DNA of 64,000 nucleotides from Stylophora pistillata. Taxonomy: Eukaryota. The notes below the pieces were generated by a model. The model ran no database searches. It saw only the letters and a program-made list of their open reading frames with translations, and was not told the origin of the DNA. Shown here piece after piece: positions 1-13,408 of this stretch. Position numbers and translations under genes: made by a program. How positions within the stretch are numbered: the first letter of the stretch is position 1; every line of letters starts with the position of its first letter. The stretch is from positions 103,301 through 167,300 of the forward strand of contig NW_019217925.1 of assembly GCF_002571385.2 (NCBI RefSeq), given 5' to 3'.

Positions 1-2306
1 GATGTAACGATGCTGTGATGTCATAGGCCCTTCGGGCATGCGCAGTAGAATGAAAGGTATCCCGGATGTCGTTGTTGTTGTATTACGCCTTGTAATGGCG
101 GGCTTTTATGAGACCTATTAAAGAACCGTTGTGTTGCCATCGTTCTTGTACTCGTTTGGACTACGCTACAGTAAGCTCGTACCTCAGAATCCTTAAAAGT
201 ACCAACAAGTCGTGTGTTCTTAAAGAGTCGACGTCAAGGAAGTGGTGTTTCTTATAGGTGGTATTGTGCATGTACGCCATACTGAAACGTTCTGCCTTTC
301 GACGATGTAAGGCAAAAGAATAAGATCCGAGACTTATACGACTTCGACCTAACGAGAAGTGTCTAATATTCGGTCGGAGCTTATGACTTTACATGTAAAA
401 CCACCCTCACTTCACACTCGTTTATAGGGGTTATAAGTGAGATATTTGCCAGGCATCATAATCTACACGGAAATAAGGAGAATAGTCGTACACAGACTTT
501 AATCGCTGTTGATTAATAACTCTGGCTGCGCTTAGTTTAAGAGTACCTTAATCCTTTACTTTGAGAGCTCATCCTAGAAATTCAGAATTTTGAAAGAGAG
601 GCGAGACTTGAGACCAAACTGAATTCCTTTTTGAACAAGACTTCGATACTCTTCTCACAGGCGCACGAGATTTGAAAATGAACCTGAAAAGTTTCCAACA
701 TCCATGATTTCCCAAGATACAATTCACCACTCCCTGTTATTTCAACTAATCTCTTGACTAAAAAAGTATAACACGTCTTAGTCATTAAATTTCCAAGTTA
801 TTGCAAAAAGACACAAGGTTGTTGTTTTTTTTCAAAATAATGAAAGATTTTAAGAAATTCTAGAATATGTGCGGTGCATTACGCTTTGAAACGCTGAATG
901 CACTATATCGTTTTGGTGGAAGCACAGGCGCCCATACAATCTCTTTGTGTAGCCGACTGTTGTTTCTTTTATGCATTACATTAACGACGAACTCAGACTT
1001 ATTCAAAATCGCTCAAAAAAACATTTTCGAGGCAAAAGGACCACTATACACCACAGGTAAAGTAATTCAACGTTTATTTATCCATGATTTATGTACATAG
1101 TCAGCAATATATCACTATAGGTGAGGCAAACGGTAAATCTGGTACATTCACTATAAAACTACAGTCGGCTACACAAACAGATTGTACAGGCCCCCTGTGG
1201 TGGAAGTCCTGGCGATAGCCTCTACGCTGAATTTCGAAGAGCTGGGACGAGCGAAAGGCTTTTCAGACGAAGTGGGTGGTGATTATTCAATTCAAAGAAG
1301 CATCTTAGTCAATCCACGATCGAGATTGACAATCATAGTTACGAAAAAATATTGTATCCGCTTGTATATTTCATATTACAGTGATTTTGTACTTTTGGGG
1401 ATCTTGTAAACAAGCTGAGCAATACATCTCAAAACACTAAAACCCGCCGCATATCTAGATATCGCATATCTTTTTGTTCCTACAAAGTAAGTCCAGGAAT
1501 CCATTTTGTTTGATTAGAAATGTTTCTTGGCCTGCGAATTGTCGTTGGGCTCAAAAAATGTTTGTATCTCAAACTCTTCTCGCTGCTTACTCAAGATGGC
1601 GAAATCACGCACCGAATGGAAAAATTCCGTAGAGAAATTTGAATTATATTTTTAATGGTGGCTATACTTCAATTTTTTTAAAATAAAACTTAAAGCTATT
1701 AAATGTGATAAAAAAATATGCGATTCACGCTTCCGGAGCGAAACGTTACTTAAATTTGAAGGCTACAGATGCACAAATAACCGTTTCATTTCTGCATCGG
1801 TTGCTAACGGTAACATCAGCAACAGTGAACTGCAGAGCAAATTAATGAAAGTGCGTTTTAAATATGAAATTGCACTTGAAGGGCTGAAATATTCACAGCG
1901 AAATGTTACTTACAATTTTGTTGGGTAGTCCATACATCTTTACACAGCTCTTTACATGTTCTTTTAGGGGATGTGTTGGGTTGATTGTTAGACAAGTATT
2001 TAACATGTTTAATTTCGTTGCGCCTATTTAAATATAAAATACCTACTTCGTCCCCAGATTCTTTGCGACTTCATTTTGGCGCCAAAACGGAACAGCTACA
2101 CAAAGAGTTATTTGAGGTGTAAGTTGAAATTCTAAGTGCACTAAGCGCGAATCAATATGTGTGTTTGGAAGAACTTTTGAAAAGTGCGTTAATCCGAGAC
2201 GCAGTCAAAAATTAATAAAAGCCAGGAAAAAAACAAAAACAAAAACAAGCAAGCAAAGATGAGCACAATGGCCCTCTGTTATTTTCATTCATTCCAAAGT
2301 CGACGG

Positions 2307-4161
2307 TCACTTTGGCAGGGATAGCATAACAGCAAAGTAGGAAACAAGAACTCCGACAATCTGGAACGAGAGATATACCATTAGCAAAGGGAAAGACCAA
2401 ATAGCTCGTAGTCAGAATGGAAGAAAAGGAAATGTTATGGTTGTAAGTGCATTATTTTCTCCTTTCAACCTACGTCAACTGTTTTATTCAGTGAGGGTAA
2501 GTTGTGTCCATTTCAGTAGTGGGTGGACGTCACCGTAAAGTTAGGAAGCAGAGAACTTACCGTTAGAGACATTGATTTGTTGATCACTGCCAGTCCGCCG
2601 ACAGAAAGACCCTTTGGTTCGCCTTGAAGTTCCAGCATAAACATCACCAACTAAAATATAAGTCCAGAAAGTTGCCACTTTAAAGCTCTATCCAGGCCTC
2701 ACTTATTAAGGACTTATTAGCCTACACTTTCTTATACTTTGCAGAGAAAGAACACTGACATATGTAATAAACGGGTCGTTAAGAAACTACAGGCAAACAC
2801 GCGCATATATACTTAGAAACAGGCGTACCGCGAAGAGGAGACAGCAAAACGTTTAGTGAAAGAATTTCGAAGAACTTATTTTAGGCTTGACTTACCTTTA
2901 CTTCCTCGTCTTTTGAAACTGCAAATGTCTCCAAGTCCTTTTGAAATCTGTGAATCTGGAATAATTGGATAAACAAAGAGATGATAAATGACAATAGAGG
3001 TTAATTCATTTTTACGACTAGACATAGAATTAGCATTGATATAAAATCTTGGTGAATTTTGGTGAAGCTGTGGCACAGGTAATTTATGCAAGTTTGGGAA
3101 AATACTCAATAGAACTTTGCTCCAAGTAATAACTCGTCGAAAATCTCCTTTAGAAATTCCTTTACCTGTTCATTGACCTTTGACCCAAACACCATGATTA
3201 TTGCCAAGGTACAAGCAGCAAGCAGTAGAAAAATAAGGACACTGATAAGAGATACAAATTTATCCCCTGGAGGTAAGTTAACCAGCTGGAAAAAGTTAAA
3301 GCAAATCAGAGGAAGATACAGCGAAACCATCCCAAACACAGGAAGACGAAGCGTCTTGTCCGCGAGCTCGACCACCTCACAAAGCTTACGATGCTATATC
3401 TTAAAAGCTGCTAGATCCAAAGTAATAGGATACAGGGGTGATAATCGTTGGTGTAAGTCCTCGAACAATGCTTCCAGAATCCAGCAAGTGATGCAGTAAA
3501 AAAGAACTGGCAGTAACCACGCTCCACAACCGACGATGAGGAAAGCTAAGGAGACTATTTTGAAACCAAACCACTGATTCCAGGGCTCACTGTCAGCCAT
3601 GTTTATTTTCAGTAGAAGAGATGTCATTAAGGTTCCAGCTATGGAGAAAATGGAGACGAACACAAGCAAAACGATGCTCCTGGTTGACTTAGCTTTTACC
3701 TTTTCTAAACTGGCAGTGATCCTAATGGCAGATAACTTCATCAGGAAATAGCCAAATCGGGACTTTCTTGCGTCGGCGAAGGGAACACAAAGTACAAACG
3801 GACAAAGTGTTGCGTTGAGTGCAATTAACACGCACCATAAGCTGAACAAGATGAACGTGTACATATCATCTCCACAAAAAATGGCAAAAATACCAACCAC
3901 AACATTGAACCAAAACCCAACAATAATCACACAACCGTAAATGCTGGCGAGAATGTTCGGTTGTCTTGAATAACCGGAGGGATGAGCCAAACGTTTCAAA
4001 CTTGTATCTCCGAGGTACAAGCCGAATAACTTCATGACTTTTAACGCCGGACTGTATATTTCGTCAACAACTTTTAACAGCGGTTTGCTGACATTGTCTT
4101 GGTCTTCAGCTGGATCCTCTGACGAGAAATTGGCAGGTTGCACTGAACGTGAGGCAATCAT
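2307..4161 (-). pseudogene. Gustatory receptor-like (GRL, 7TM chemoreceptor family) gene with one in-frame TAG; exons 4161-3166, 2955-2896, 2650-2561, 2360-2307
   Basis: ORFs 3394..4161 and 3106..3375 are in the same frame, separated by one TAG (..AAFKI*HRKLCEVVELAD). Several hydrophobic helices. Three GT-AG phase-0 introns near the C-terminus give ..KVNEQ|IHRFQKDLETFAVSKDEEVK|LVMFMLELQGEPKGLSVGGLAVINKSMSLT|IVGVLVSYFAVMLSLPK*, the usual GR/GRL intron layout with a TM7 SY-type motif. About 399 codons. Confidence 0.8.
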
Positions 4162-5088
4162 CTCGTCTAACCCGAGCTAAAGAGCTGCCGCGATGAAATT
4201 CACTCTGAAATCACGCTTCTGAGGTGCTTTGATAAAATTCAAACCTAACTCGTAATGTTGGTTCACACCCTGTAATCTCATTATTCTTATTTTGTTTTCC
4301 AGTCTTTGAAAAGATTAATTGATTTTTCAATGTATTTATGTTTGCAGACTGTTAGAATCGATATGTAGTCCTTTGATTGGTGAACCTTTTACTGAAATGA
4401 AGATGCTAAGTTTATTAGAAATAAGCGTAGCTTGAACGTTAATTCAAAACAAGCAATGTCTTTTAAATGATTAATTTCTTCGTCAGGCAAGTCAGTAGTT
4501 GACAAAAATAGGAATGAAAGTTAATTCTCAAGTAATAGAATAAGAACAATAAATCGCTTTTGTTATGATTTTGGTTTCCAAAATATATCATATGAACACC
4601 ACGGGGTTTCATCCACTGAAACTCGTAGTTTTTTCTTCATCTAACTTTAATTAAATGAATATAATGCAAACAAATATTTTGAACAGGTAACCGTAGTTAA
4701 TAGGTATTCGGAAAAAAAAACTATGAAATTCGGCGGAAAATGCATAAAGAGTATAATTGATAATCATTATCAACAAGACTGATCACGCATTTTTCCCCAA
4801 AATTTCATATAACCGAGCGTTAACTCTGGGGTAAATTCTTTCCTGTCACTTTTTACATACGGAATGACCACAGGTGCCTTTTACACGTTTGTATTTCTTG
4901 AGATTTATTAAGCTGATCATGAAAGATAGCAAAGCACGTTTGGTATTTAAAAATAGTATGCACGCGGAACGTGCTTGGAGCTCCAAGGGAGATCCTTCTC
5001 CTCTCCATCATGAATTGTTGTATTCATCAGGGTCGTAACGAGGTATGTGGGATTAGGAATCAAAGCCATGGGATCAGTGGGATGTTGA

Positions 5089-5647
5089 AGTCCTAAATGT
5101 AATAACTGTCGTAGATGTAATAACATTTGGTCCTAATTATAGTAAAGTCCTAAATGTAATAACATTTGGTCCTAAATGTAATAAGCCTCCAATGCAATCG
5201 ATTAACTGTGCTAGTGCATTGTTGTTATAGCGGACATCCAAATCGAGATGTTAAAGTGACAGCTGTTACACTAAAGATTTCCCCGTGGACAGAGGTAGGT
5301 AATGCCACAATGCGAAAAGAGGACAAGGCAGAAGTCTAAACAGATGGCGCAATACGTGTGCAAAAGGAAATCACGATGCGATGACACCCGAAAAAACTCA
5401 TACAATCGGACATTTGGTGAACGAGCTACGCCCGATAGATATTTAATATCAACTTAATAGTTAACTTCTGAATTATGCTGCACGGCCACTTCAAAAATCT
5501 ACCTCCAGTATACCGTTTACGTTATCTCAGGATTCGAGGTACTCTTCTAATCTGTCCAGAGTGATACTGAGCTTAGATTTTCCTGTAATCCCTGAAGGCC
5601 TAAATGTAATAACTGTCCTAAATGTAATAAAGTCCCAAATGTAATAA
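5089..5647. repeat. Clusters of a ~17-bp motif GTCCTAAATGTAATAA(C), probably transposon subterminal repeats
   Basis: Four to five copies at 5089-5185 and three copies at about 5597-5647. Confidence 0.6.
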
Positions 5648-5649
5648 TC

Positions 5650-6480
5650 CTGGTGAAAATCTTTGAGGGATCTTTAAGGAACTTTAAAGATCTTCATGAG
5701 GACCTTTGAGGATCCTCCCAAGGATCTTCATGAAGATCTTTGAGAAATCTTTGAGGATCTTAACAATTCTTGTTAAGATCTTCAAGGATCTTCCAATTTC
5801 TTGCCAATATCCTCAAGGATCTTTCATTTTCTTGCCAAGATCCTCAAGGATCTTTCATTTTCTTGCCAAGATCCTCAAGGATCTTTCATTTTCTTGCCAA
5901 GATCCTCAAGGATCTTGCATTTTCTTGCCAATATCCTCTTGAAAGGATCTTTCATTTTCTTGCCAAGATCCTCAAGGATCTTTCATTTTCTTGCCAAGAT
6001 CCTCAAGGATCTTTCATTTTCTTGCCAAAATCCTCAAGGATCTTTCATTCTCTTGNATCTTTTATTTTCTTGCCAAGATGATCTTTTATTTTCTTGCCAA
6101 GATCTTTCATTTTCCTGTCAAGATCTTTGAGGTTCTTGTCCAGATCTTCAAGGATCTTCAAAAGATCTTGTCAAGAATTTCAAAGATCCTTAAAAGGTCT
6201 TGATAAGAAAATGCAAGATCCTTGAAGATCTTGGCAAGAAAATAAGGGATCCTTGAAGATCTTGATAAGAAAATAGAAGATCCTTCACAATCTTGGTAGA
6301 TCTTGTTAAGAATTTGAAATATCTTCAATGTTCTTGCTCAGACCTTTGAGGATTGTTGTCAAAATTCTTGTTACGATCTAATAATCCTGCCAAGATCTTT
6401 GAGAATCTTTATAAGTCTTGCCAATATCTTTTGTGGTCTTCAACATTCCTCTCAATATCTTCACAAGTCTTCCAAGATCT
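5650..6480. repeat. 31-bp GATC-rich minisatellite (AGGATCTTTCATTTTCTTGCCAAGATCCTCA) with degenerate and inverted flanking copies
   Basis: Near-perfect tandem units at about 5786-6055. Reverse-complement units (AAGATCTTGGCAAGAAAAT..) at about 6195-6290. Confidence 0.9.
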
Positions 6481-8565
6481 TTGACAAACTTCCAGAGAAC
6501 TTGCAAGGGAAACTCAACAATTTTGCTGCAAATATGTGAGGATCTTCAATAAACATTATTTATAACAATGATAAGCCTCAAAACATTTATAAACTGTGGA
6601 AATAATATATATATTTTTATTGTGACTACAAAGAGTTATTTATACCAACCAATAGTATTAAACAAAATTCAAACAAAAGGAAAGAAAAACTTTGCAAGGA
6701 AAGTTAACAATTCAACAGTTTGTGTAGCTTTATAATACAATGAGGTCAAATAACAAAACTCTTTTAGTGATTTTCTCCTAACAAAATAAACAAATATTTA
6801 TGTGGATAACAATGGATACAAAAGTTATTCAATAGGGTTCTAACTAAGGAATAATAGTGTAATTAACACAGGGTTAATTAAACAAATATAGCCTCTAATA
6901 GGACAGTGGGAAATGTACAAAAAAAATTAAAACTTGCTGTAGGTTGTTAAAATTGATCTTAGTGTTAGATCTTGGTCAAGATTCATGTACACTATGTTGC
7001 AAGATCATGTTTTTAACGACAATAACTTATAACACATTGCACTGGATATCCTGCCTGATACAGATACTCAGCCAGCAAAAATCTATTATTAATAAATCCA
7101 TATCTAAGATCTTACAAATCAAGCTGAAAATTAATCATGTCAAGAAATTCACTAGAAATCTAGAGGTAGTTTTCTCATAACACTCTGATTTACTTCTTAT
7201 CCTGATTGTCTTCCTGTCCACGAATTACAGTGTTTTGATAATTTAAAGTTAAGTGTACACTTATCATAAGATATTTCTTTTATATATACAAAAGTCTAAG
7301 GTAATTACTATCTGCTCTGCTCACTGAAGACCAACCTTTCTACCGTACGTGATCTGACTTGCATGGAACTTTTCATCGGAGTAAAGGTTTTCTTATTACT
7401 AGAGATTGGGAGATACCGCAGTACGAAAACAATGGTTAGGACTAAGTTACATCACTGCATACAGCTTTAATCGCATATTCCAAAAAGAAGAGTATAACCC
7501 TAAAAAAAACCACAAGAAAACGAATGAGAAGGCATACAAATGTGGGCTTAAGTTCCATAAATTTACCGTTAAAGGTTTTACAAGGGTGGCGCTCTCTTAA
7601 AAGGAATCTTTGAGCTCATAATGCAAAACAATGAAAGAATATCTCAATGAAAGTGCATTGTTTCTAAATCCTTAGTCCATTTTTCATTCAAAGTATAGAT
7701 CTGACATCCAATAACTTACAAATTTCTTGCAGCCCTCGTGATCTCGATCCACACGTCTTTCGCCATCCTTATAATGATCTCTATCGACAAATCCATAAAT
7801 GTTTCTTTGAAATATGTCTTGCCAATGAAACGAACAATAAAATCTTTGTTTCCATTCAAAAAAGCGCTCATGAACTGCCTAAAAGCGGTAGACGGTTAGC
7901 ACTCATCTCCATATTTCAGAATGACGTGACGTCATTCCCAATCTTCGTAACCTTCTTCGGAAGCGTTCGTCGAACACTTCAGGTTCATTCCATCCTCGGA
8001 GACCCAGGGGCTGTGGGTCCATTTCAAGTTAGGGCATAAAGAGCCCCTGGGGACATTGTCTTACAAGACTAGTTCCAAACGGTCGCACTCGTTCTGGCAT
8101 CTGATTGGTGCCAGAAAATCTTTGTGTTTTTCTGCCCAATCAGAGTGAAGTGTGCTTTAGAGTCCTTTCGTGTGTTTTAACACGGACATACACTAGTAGC
8201 TCAGTTGCTCGCTATGTTTGTTTGGACTGTNNNNNNNNNNNNNNNNNNNNNNNNTTCAAGTACATCTTTTGCATAGACTTGTCAACAGACAATCGTGTGA
8301 TAGTGGTTTTATATTAAAATGAAGTCAATAATATGAGTCTGACAAAGATTGAAAACCTGTGATCATCAGCTCAAAACAAAAATATGTGTTGGTCATTTTG
8401 AAGTATGGAATCGGCGCCATACATGAAACTGACGTTCCGATAATTTCAAAACGGTCGAGGAATGTCTGGAAAATTTCACCTCCTTTTTAATTCCTTTTAA
8501 AATATTACTTTATTGTGATTCAGTAATGTTTGAACAACAAATAGATCTACATCTTTGTCATGCAG

Positions 8566-9430
8566 ATTTTGGATAACACAGGGCGAATAAGGAGGGACAT
8601 GTCTTATAGACTCTGGCCACAGTTTGAAAGAAGAATCTACATTAACCAACCCATGGAGAAGGACCACAAATATCATGTCATCGGAGAGGTGTAACCCATT
8701 CAAAAAAGATGAGGGATGTGAACATGAAGATTTTTTTTTCATTAGTAGTTAAACTGCAGACATTGAGAAAAATGTTGTAAATTAGCCAAATTTTCACTTC
8801 ATTGACCAATTTGAAAAATAATTACCATTTTATTTTTAATAATAATGGTAAGTAATAATAATGATAATGACGATGACGATGATAACGATAATGATAATGA
8901 TAATAATGATAACATATGATTTCTATAGATTGGTGGCATATTACAACCTATTGACAAGAGCCTGGTTCAAAAAATCCACGCCCTTGTTGGTGAAGGGGTC
9001 AAAACAGTTGAAGAAATGAAAAGGCACTTGCGACACTATGTCAGGAATGATCTTTTTGCTGGTCAGAATCCCCCACCAGTCACAAACAGACGCTATCATC
9101 CCAAGGATGTGGATATCAGGAACCACATGTATAAGGAAACTGTAAAACAGATGCTATCCAAGGCTGACCAGGAAAGTCTTGAGGAGAAAATTAAGGGATG
9201 GAAACAAGAGAATCCTGAGGATCTCTTTTTCTTTAGACCTTACTCCGTATCCCCTATGGAAGCTGTGCCTGGCAACACCTCTGACACAGATAGCAATGTT
9301 GAAGCTCATGTCACTCAAAACCTCCTATTTTTGTATCAAACAGCTTGGCAGAGGCATTTGATGAGCAGATATGGAAATGAAATCATGCTTCTGGATGCTA
9401 CATACAAGACCATGAGATATGAGCTTCCAT
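8566..9430 (+). mobile_element. Truncated MULE/MuDR-type transposase remnant with a CARF(ALS2CR8)-like N-terminal region
   Basis: The exon after the AG at about 8928 reads IGGILQPIDKSLVQKIHALVGEGVKTVEEMKRHLRHYVRNDLF..YHPKDVDIRNH, which is CARF-like. It continues to LFLYQTAWQRHLMSRYGNEIMLLDATYKTMRYELP, the first catalytic D motif of MULE transposases. Probable upstream exon at about 8566-8689. Confidence 0.65.
8845..8912. repeat. (ATA/ATG/ACG)n trinucleotide microsatellite
   Basis: taataataatgataatgacgatgacgatgataacgataatgataatgataataatgataac. Confidence 0.85.
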
Positions 9431-11367
9431 TTCGCTTATATAGCTCCTATTGTGTAGAGCACTGTGTGACCGAAGATTCAAATATGGAACGTGTCGCGTT
9501 CCACTACTCAACGAAGAACATTCCTTTGGCATCAAGAAGGGAATTCACAAAGCAACTGATTAAAAACACCGAACAATTTTTGCGCCGCATGAGATGGAAA
9601 GCATTCCACTTTTTGAACCCAGGACAAGCGGGAGAGAAAGAAACTTTCGGCTTCAAGACAAACAACTGCCCGCCGGTCATCGAAGAGCTGCACGGTTATG
9701 AGGACGGCATGCAACGATTAATCCAAAGCGTCCAATTCAAGAATACGAAATGCCAGTTTCAGAAAGAACTGAATGAAGATATCAAGTTGATTAAAAACGA
9801 AAATCGCTTATTCGTTAAAGCGGACAAATCAACCAATTTTTACAAGCTAGAGGCCACGAAGTATAACCAACTCCTGAACGACAACATCACCAAAACATAC
9901 AAGAAAGCTGACAGCAAGCAACTCAGAAAAATTGACGTCGCAGCCAAAGCAATCACGAAGAAACTAGGTATTAACGACCGGGTCGAAGTTACCGCCCAGA
10001 GAAAAGCGTTCGTAACACTTAAAGACCATAAAGACAATTTCTTAAACCGACCCACTTTTCGTTTGATCAATCCATCAAAACAGGAAATTGGAAAAATAAG
10101 CAAGAAAATTCTCGAAAATATTAACCAGAAACTTGTAAATGCAACAGGTGTTAATCAATGGAACAACACATCCTCTGTGCTGCAGTGGTTCAAGAACTTG
10201 CCAAATAAGTGCGAATCTGCTTTCATCAGCTTCGATGTTGTAGAATTCTATCCCTCAATAACGGAAGATCTACTCGGACGTGCCCTCGACTCTGCGTCTA
10301 ACTACATGAACATCTCCCCAGATGATCACCAAATCGTCTTACTTAAGCTTGCTAAGGAATCACTACTATTTAGCAATGAGACCCCATGGCAGAAGAAAAA
10401 TTCCAACGGCCTTTTCGACGTCACCATGGGAAGTTATGATGGAGCGGAGACATGTCAACTAGTCGGCTGCTACCTCCTATCACAGCTTGCGACTATACCA
10501 GAAATTAACATCGGACTTTATCGTGACGACGGCCTTGCAGTTATAAACCAGACGCCCCAAAAAGTGGCGAGAATTAAGAAACAGATTTGCATGATATTTG
10601 CCCAAAACAACCTTAGAACTACCATCGAGGCAAACAAGAAAATCATCAACTTTCCCGATGTAACGGTTGACCTGATAACCGGCAGATTCGGACCCTATTC
10701 AAAACCAGCAACTACCCCTCTATACGTACACAGCAAGTCTAACCACCCACCTTGCATACTACGAAACATCCCCGAAGCAGTTAATAAAAGACCTTCTGAA
10801 ATCTCTTCTGACGAAGACATGTTTAACAAAGCCGCACCTCTCCACCAAGATGCGTTACACAAGAGTGGCTACACATACAAGCTGCACTTCAGTGAACTGG
10901 AACCGCACCGACCACAATACCAAACCAAAAGGCGAAGAAACATAATTTGGTTTAACCCACCATTTAACAGAAACGTCCAGACCAGCATTGGTAGAGCATT
11001 CATTAGCCTTATTGACAAGTGCTTTCCAGTCACCCACAAACTGAGAAAATTTTTCAATAGAAACACCATTAAACTGAGCTACTCATGCACACCCAATATG
11101 AAACAGATCATAGACGGGCATAACAAAGCTACAATTAGGAACGCAAAAATGTCCGAAGAAAGCCGCCCCCAAAGATTGTGCAACTGCAAAAACGAAAACG
11201 AATGCCCTTTAGGAGGAGAATATTTGCAAAGCGAGGTTGTCTATCAAGCCACAATCGCTACCAGGGAAGAAACTGAAACCTACGTTGGCCTCACAGCGAC
11301 AGATTTTAAGACTAGATGGCGCAACCACCGAATGTCGTTCAACCACGGGAGACGGCGAAATGATTAG
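9431..11367 (+). mobile_element. Penelope-like retroelement (Naiad-type) RT plus truncated GIY-YIG endonuclease; own ATG at 9484
   Basis: MERVAFHYSTKNIP N-terminus, ADKSTN, FDVVEFYPSI, MGSYDGAE, YRDD catalytic motif, IIWFNPPF, CNC..CP linker and YVGLT..FKTRWRNH (GIY-YIG). The ORF stops inside the endonuclease, so the element is 3'-truncated. Confidence 0.9.
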
Positions 11368-13289
11368 CGACAGATATGAAGCTCAATAAAATCGCTGCAC
11401 GAGCATTTGTTAGTATTCTTTATCTTCACGTGACAACAGTGAGACAACTATGGCGACACATTAACGCCGCTATGTTGCTGGTCAGAAAGACAGTTAAAGA
11501 CTCGAGTTTGTTTCGTTCATAGAAAAATGTCCATAATGATTGTGGACGTGGGAAGATCTCATTACAACTAGTGATTAATTTGCAGGCGAGGAAAATAACG
11601 TTAAATTTGACTATAACAAGCTCTAATAGAATTTTCTACAAGTTCATTGGTTTTTTTTCCGCAATAGAATGTAACTCATATCATACACCCCTAGCTGCCT
11701 AAGAAAACGGAGTCTCATCAGTTTTTGTGAAATTATAATACTATGACAAATTTCAATATGTTTGAAGCGATTTGTTAACTAACATACAAAGTAAAATTGA
11801 CCATCTCAGGCTATAGGAGGGTTCTTTTTAAAATCACTCGTTTTTTTTTTCGGAATAGAATGTAAAGCTTATCATTCACCTTTTAGTTGTCAGTAAATTT
11901 TCGTCCGAAGAAGCGAAGTGTCTTCCATTATATTGTGAAATAACAATACTGTAATACAACAACAAATTTCCATGTGTTTGATTCTTCATGCATCCCAAAA
12001 CTGATCCTCACCAATCAATCAAACACCTAGCTGGGTCGCTCACTATGGTTTTGAAACAGATTCCAGCATTTATTCTGCGACATTAAAGGATAAACAGCAA
12101 GAAAAATATGTTACAGAAATTCTTGTCACCGAAAGAATTGTATCCATTTTCTTAACAAAATGAGTGCAATGCAGTGAATACGACAAAAGTTGAAATATTC
12201 AGAGCGCATTTTTAATTAGCAAATATTAGTGAGAAAATCTTAAGGCAAATACATACTTGTGATAAAGTTGAAGTCAAATAAGTTGTTCAAACAGTTTCAA
12301 TAGTTCCCCATCATGTTCTGTCACACGTTGTTATTAAAATATGGTCGCACAAACCATCGCATTACTAAACAACGCCTGTGGCACTTTGTAAAAACTTGGA
12401 TAGTAGCCAGAGGACAAGTAGACCCAATGATAGCTGTCATTCCTGTCAATAATAATGAAAACTTTTTACTAACGGAGCGCGAGCTTCGTACGGGGAATTA
12501 TCATGACCCGACAGATAACCTTGGTGGAAGCTGACCTATGTAGGGCGAGCCGGACGGATTGACGTGAGCCGGTCTGTATAAAAAGCCGTTCGGCCCTATA
12601 GCCGGTGCACCTGTAAGGCTTTGTTGCAAGAAAAAAAAACCTTGTTCTTTTTTGTTGCAAGAAAGGAGTAACAACAGTGAACAAAAATGAGACAAAAAAT
12701 CTCGTTTGTTAATAAATCAAGTTTTGAGTTCCTTGTTTTGACTCGAAAAAAATAAAGGAAAAGTTTTTTTTTTTGTGTGGTTTTCCTGCGCACGTTAGTC
12801 TATTGCGCCCTATTTAAGTCAAAAAAAAATTTTAGTCAGTGGTCATATGATAAAATCCTTTATGACTGAGTTAGGTCGGGCTAGACGGGAAAATATCTAG
12901 CTCTTGTTCTACGTTATGACCTCGTGCCAAATATTTTCCTCATTATCAGGTTCTACGTTATATTAAGGTGTCACACGGTCCATATGGCGTGAAGTTTCTG
13001 GTTATCGTAGGATTCCTGAGTTTTTCTTTGTTAGAGTTAATAATAATATCTGAAAATTTGTGTATACAGTTAACTCTCGCCTTAAGGACACGAACTTTTG
13101 CTTGTCTCGCGGTCTCGAGGTCTTCCGTAAAGATGGAGAAGACAACTGTACCTCCTTAGGAAGATCTTAACGCCCGAACACTGCAGTTGGCGTCGTCGTC
13201 GAGGACAATGAGAAAATATAATTGAAATGAGATCACATTGTGCTGAGTATTTTTTTTTATCCTTATCTCTTAAGTTTCTTACCACAACT

Positions 13290-13408
13290 TTATTTCCCTT
13301 GTAGTTAATTTCATTAGTTATTACATTTCATTCCTTTGTCTTATCTTGTAATTCTAGTATGTGGCTGAAAAGCCCTGTAAAGGGAGCTTCAATAAATGTA
13401 TGTATGTA
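13290..13408 (+). mobile_element. 3' tail fragment of a non-LTR retroelement
   Basis: ..gctgaaaagccctgtaaagggagcttcAATAAA followed by (TGTA)n. Confidence 0.45.

Noticed and set aside
1-2200. Short ORFs and CpG-rich patches at the start of the window
   Set aside because: No recognisable protein motif or paired termini. Probably repeat fragments, but I cannot support a call from the sequence alone.
5706-6203. Overlapping repetitive ORFs and a superficially CRISPR-like 31-bp repeat
   Set aside because: The units are contiguous with no unique spacers and no cas genes nearby. The ORFs are by-products of a stop-poor satellite.
9484-11367. Possible selenocysteine-encoding Naiad element
   Set aside because: There is no in-frame TGA in the visible ORF, and the 3' end where a SECIS would lie is missing.
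12465-12940. Another possible long-hairpin element
   Set aside because: Only a short degenerate stem (gaaaatatctagc..gccaaatattttc) remains. The tip and ends cannot be defined, so it was not counted.
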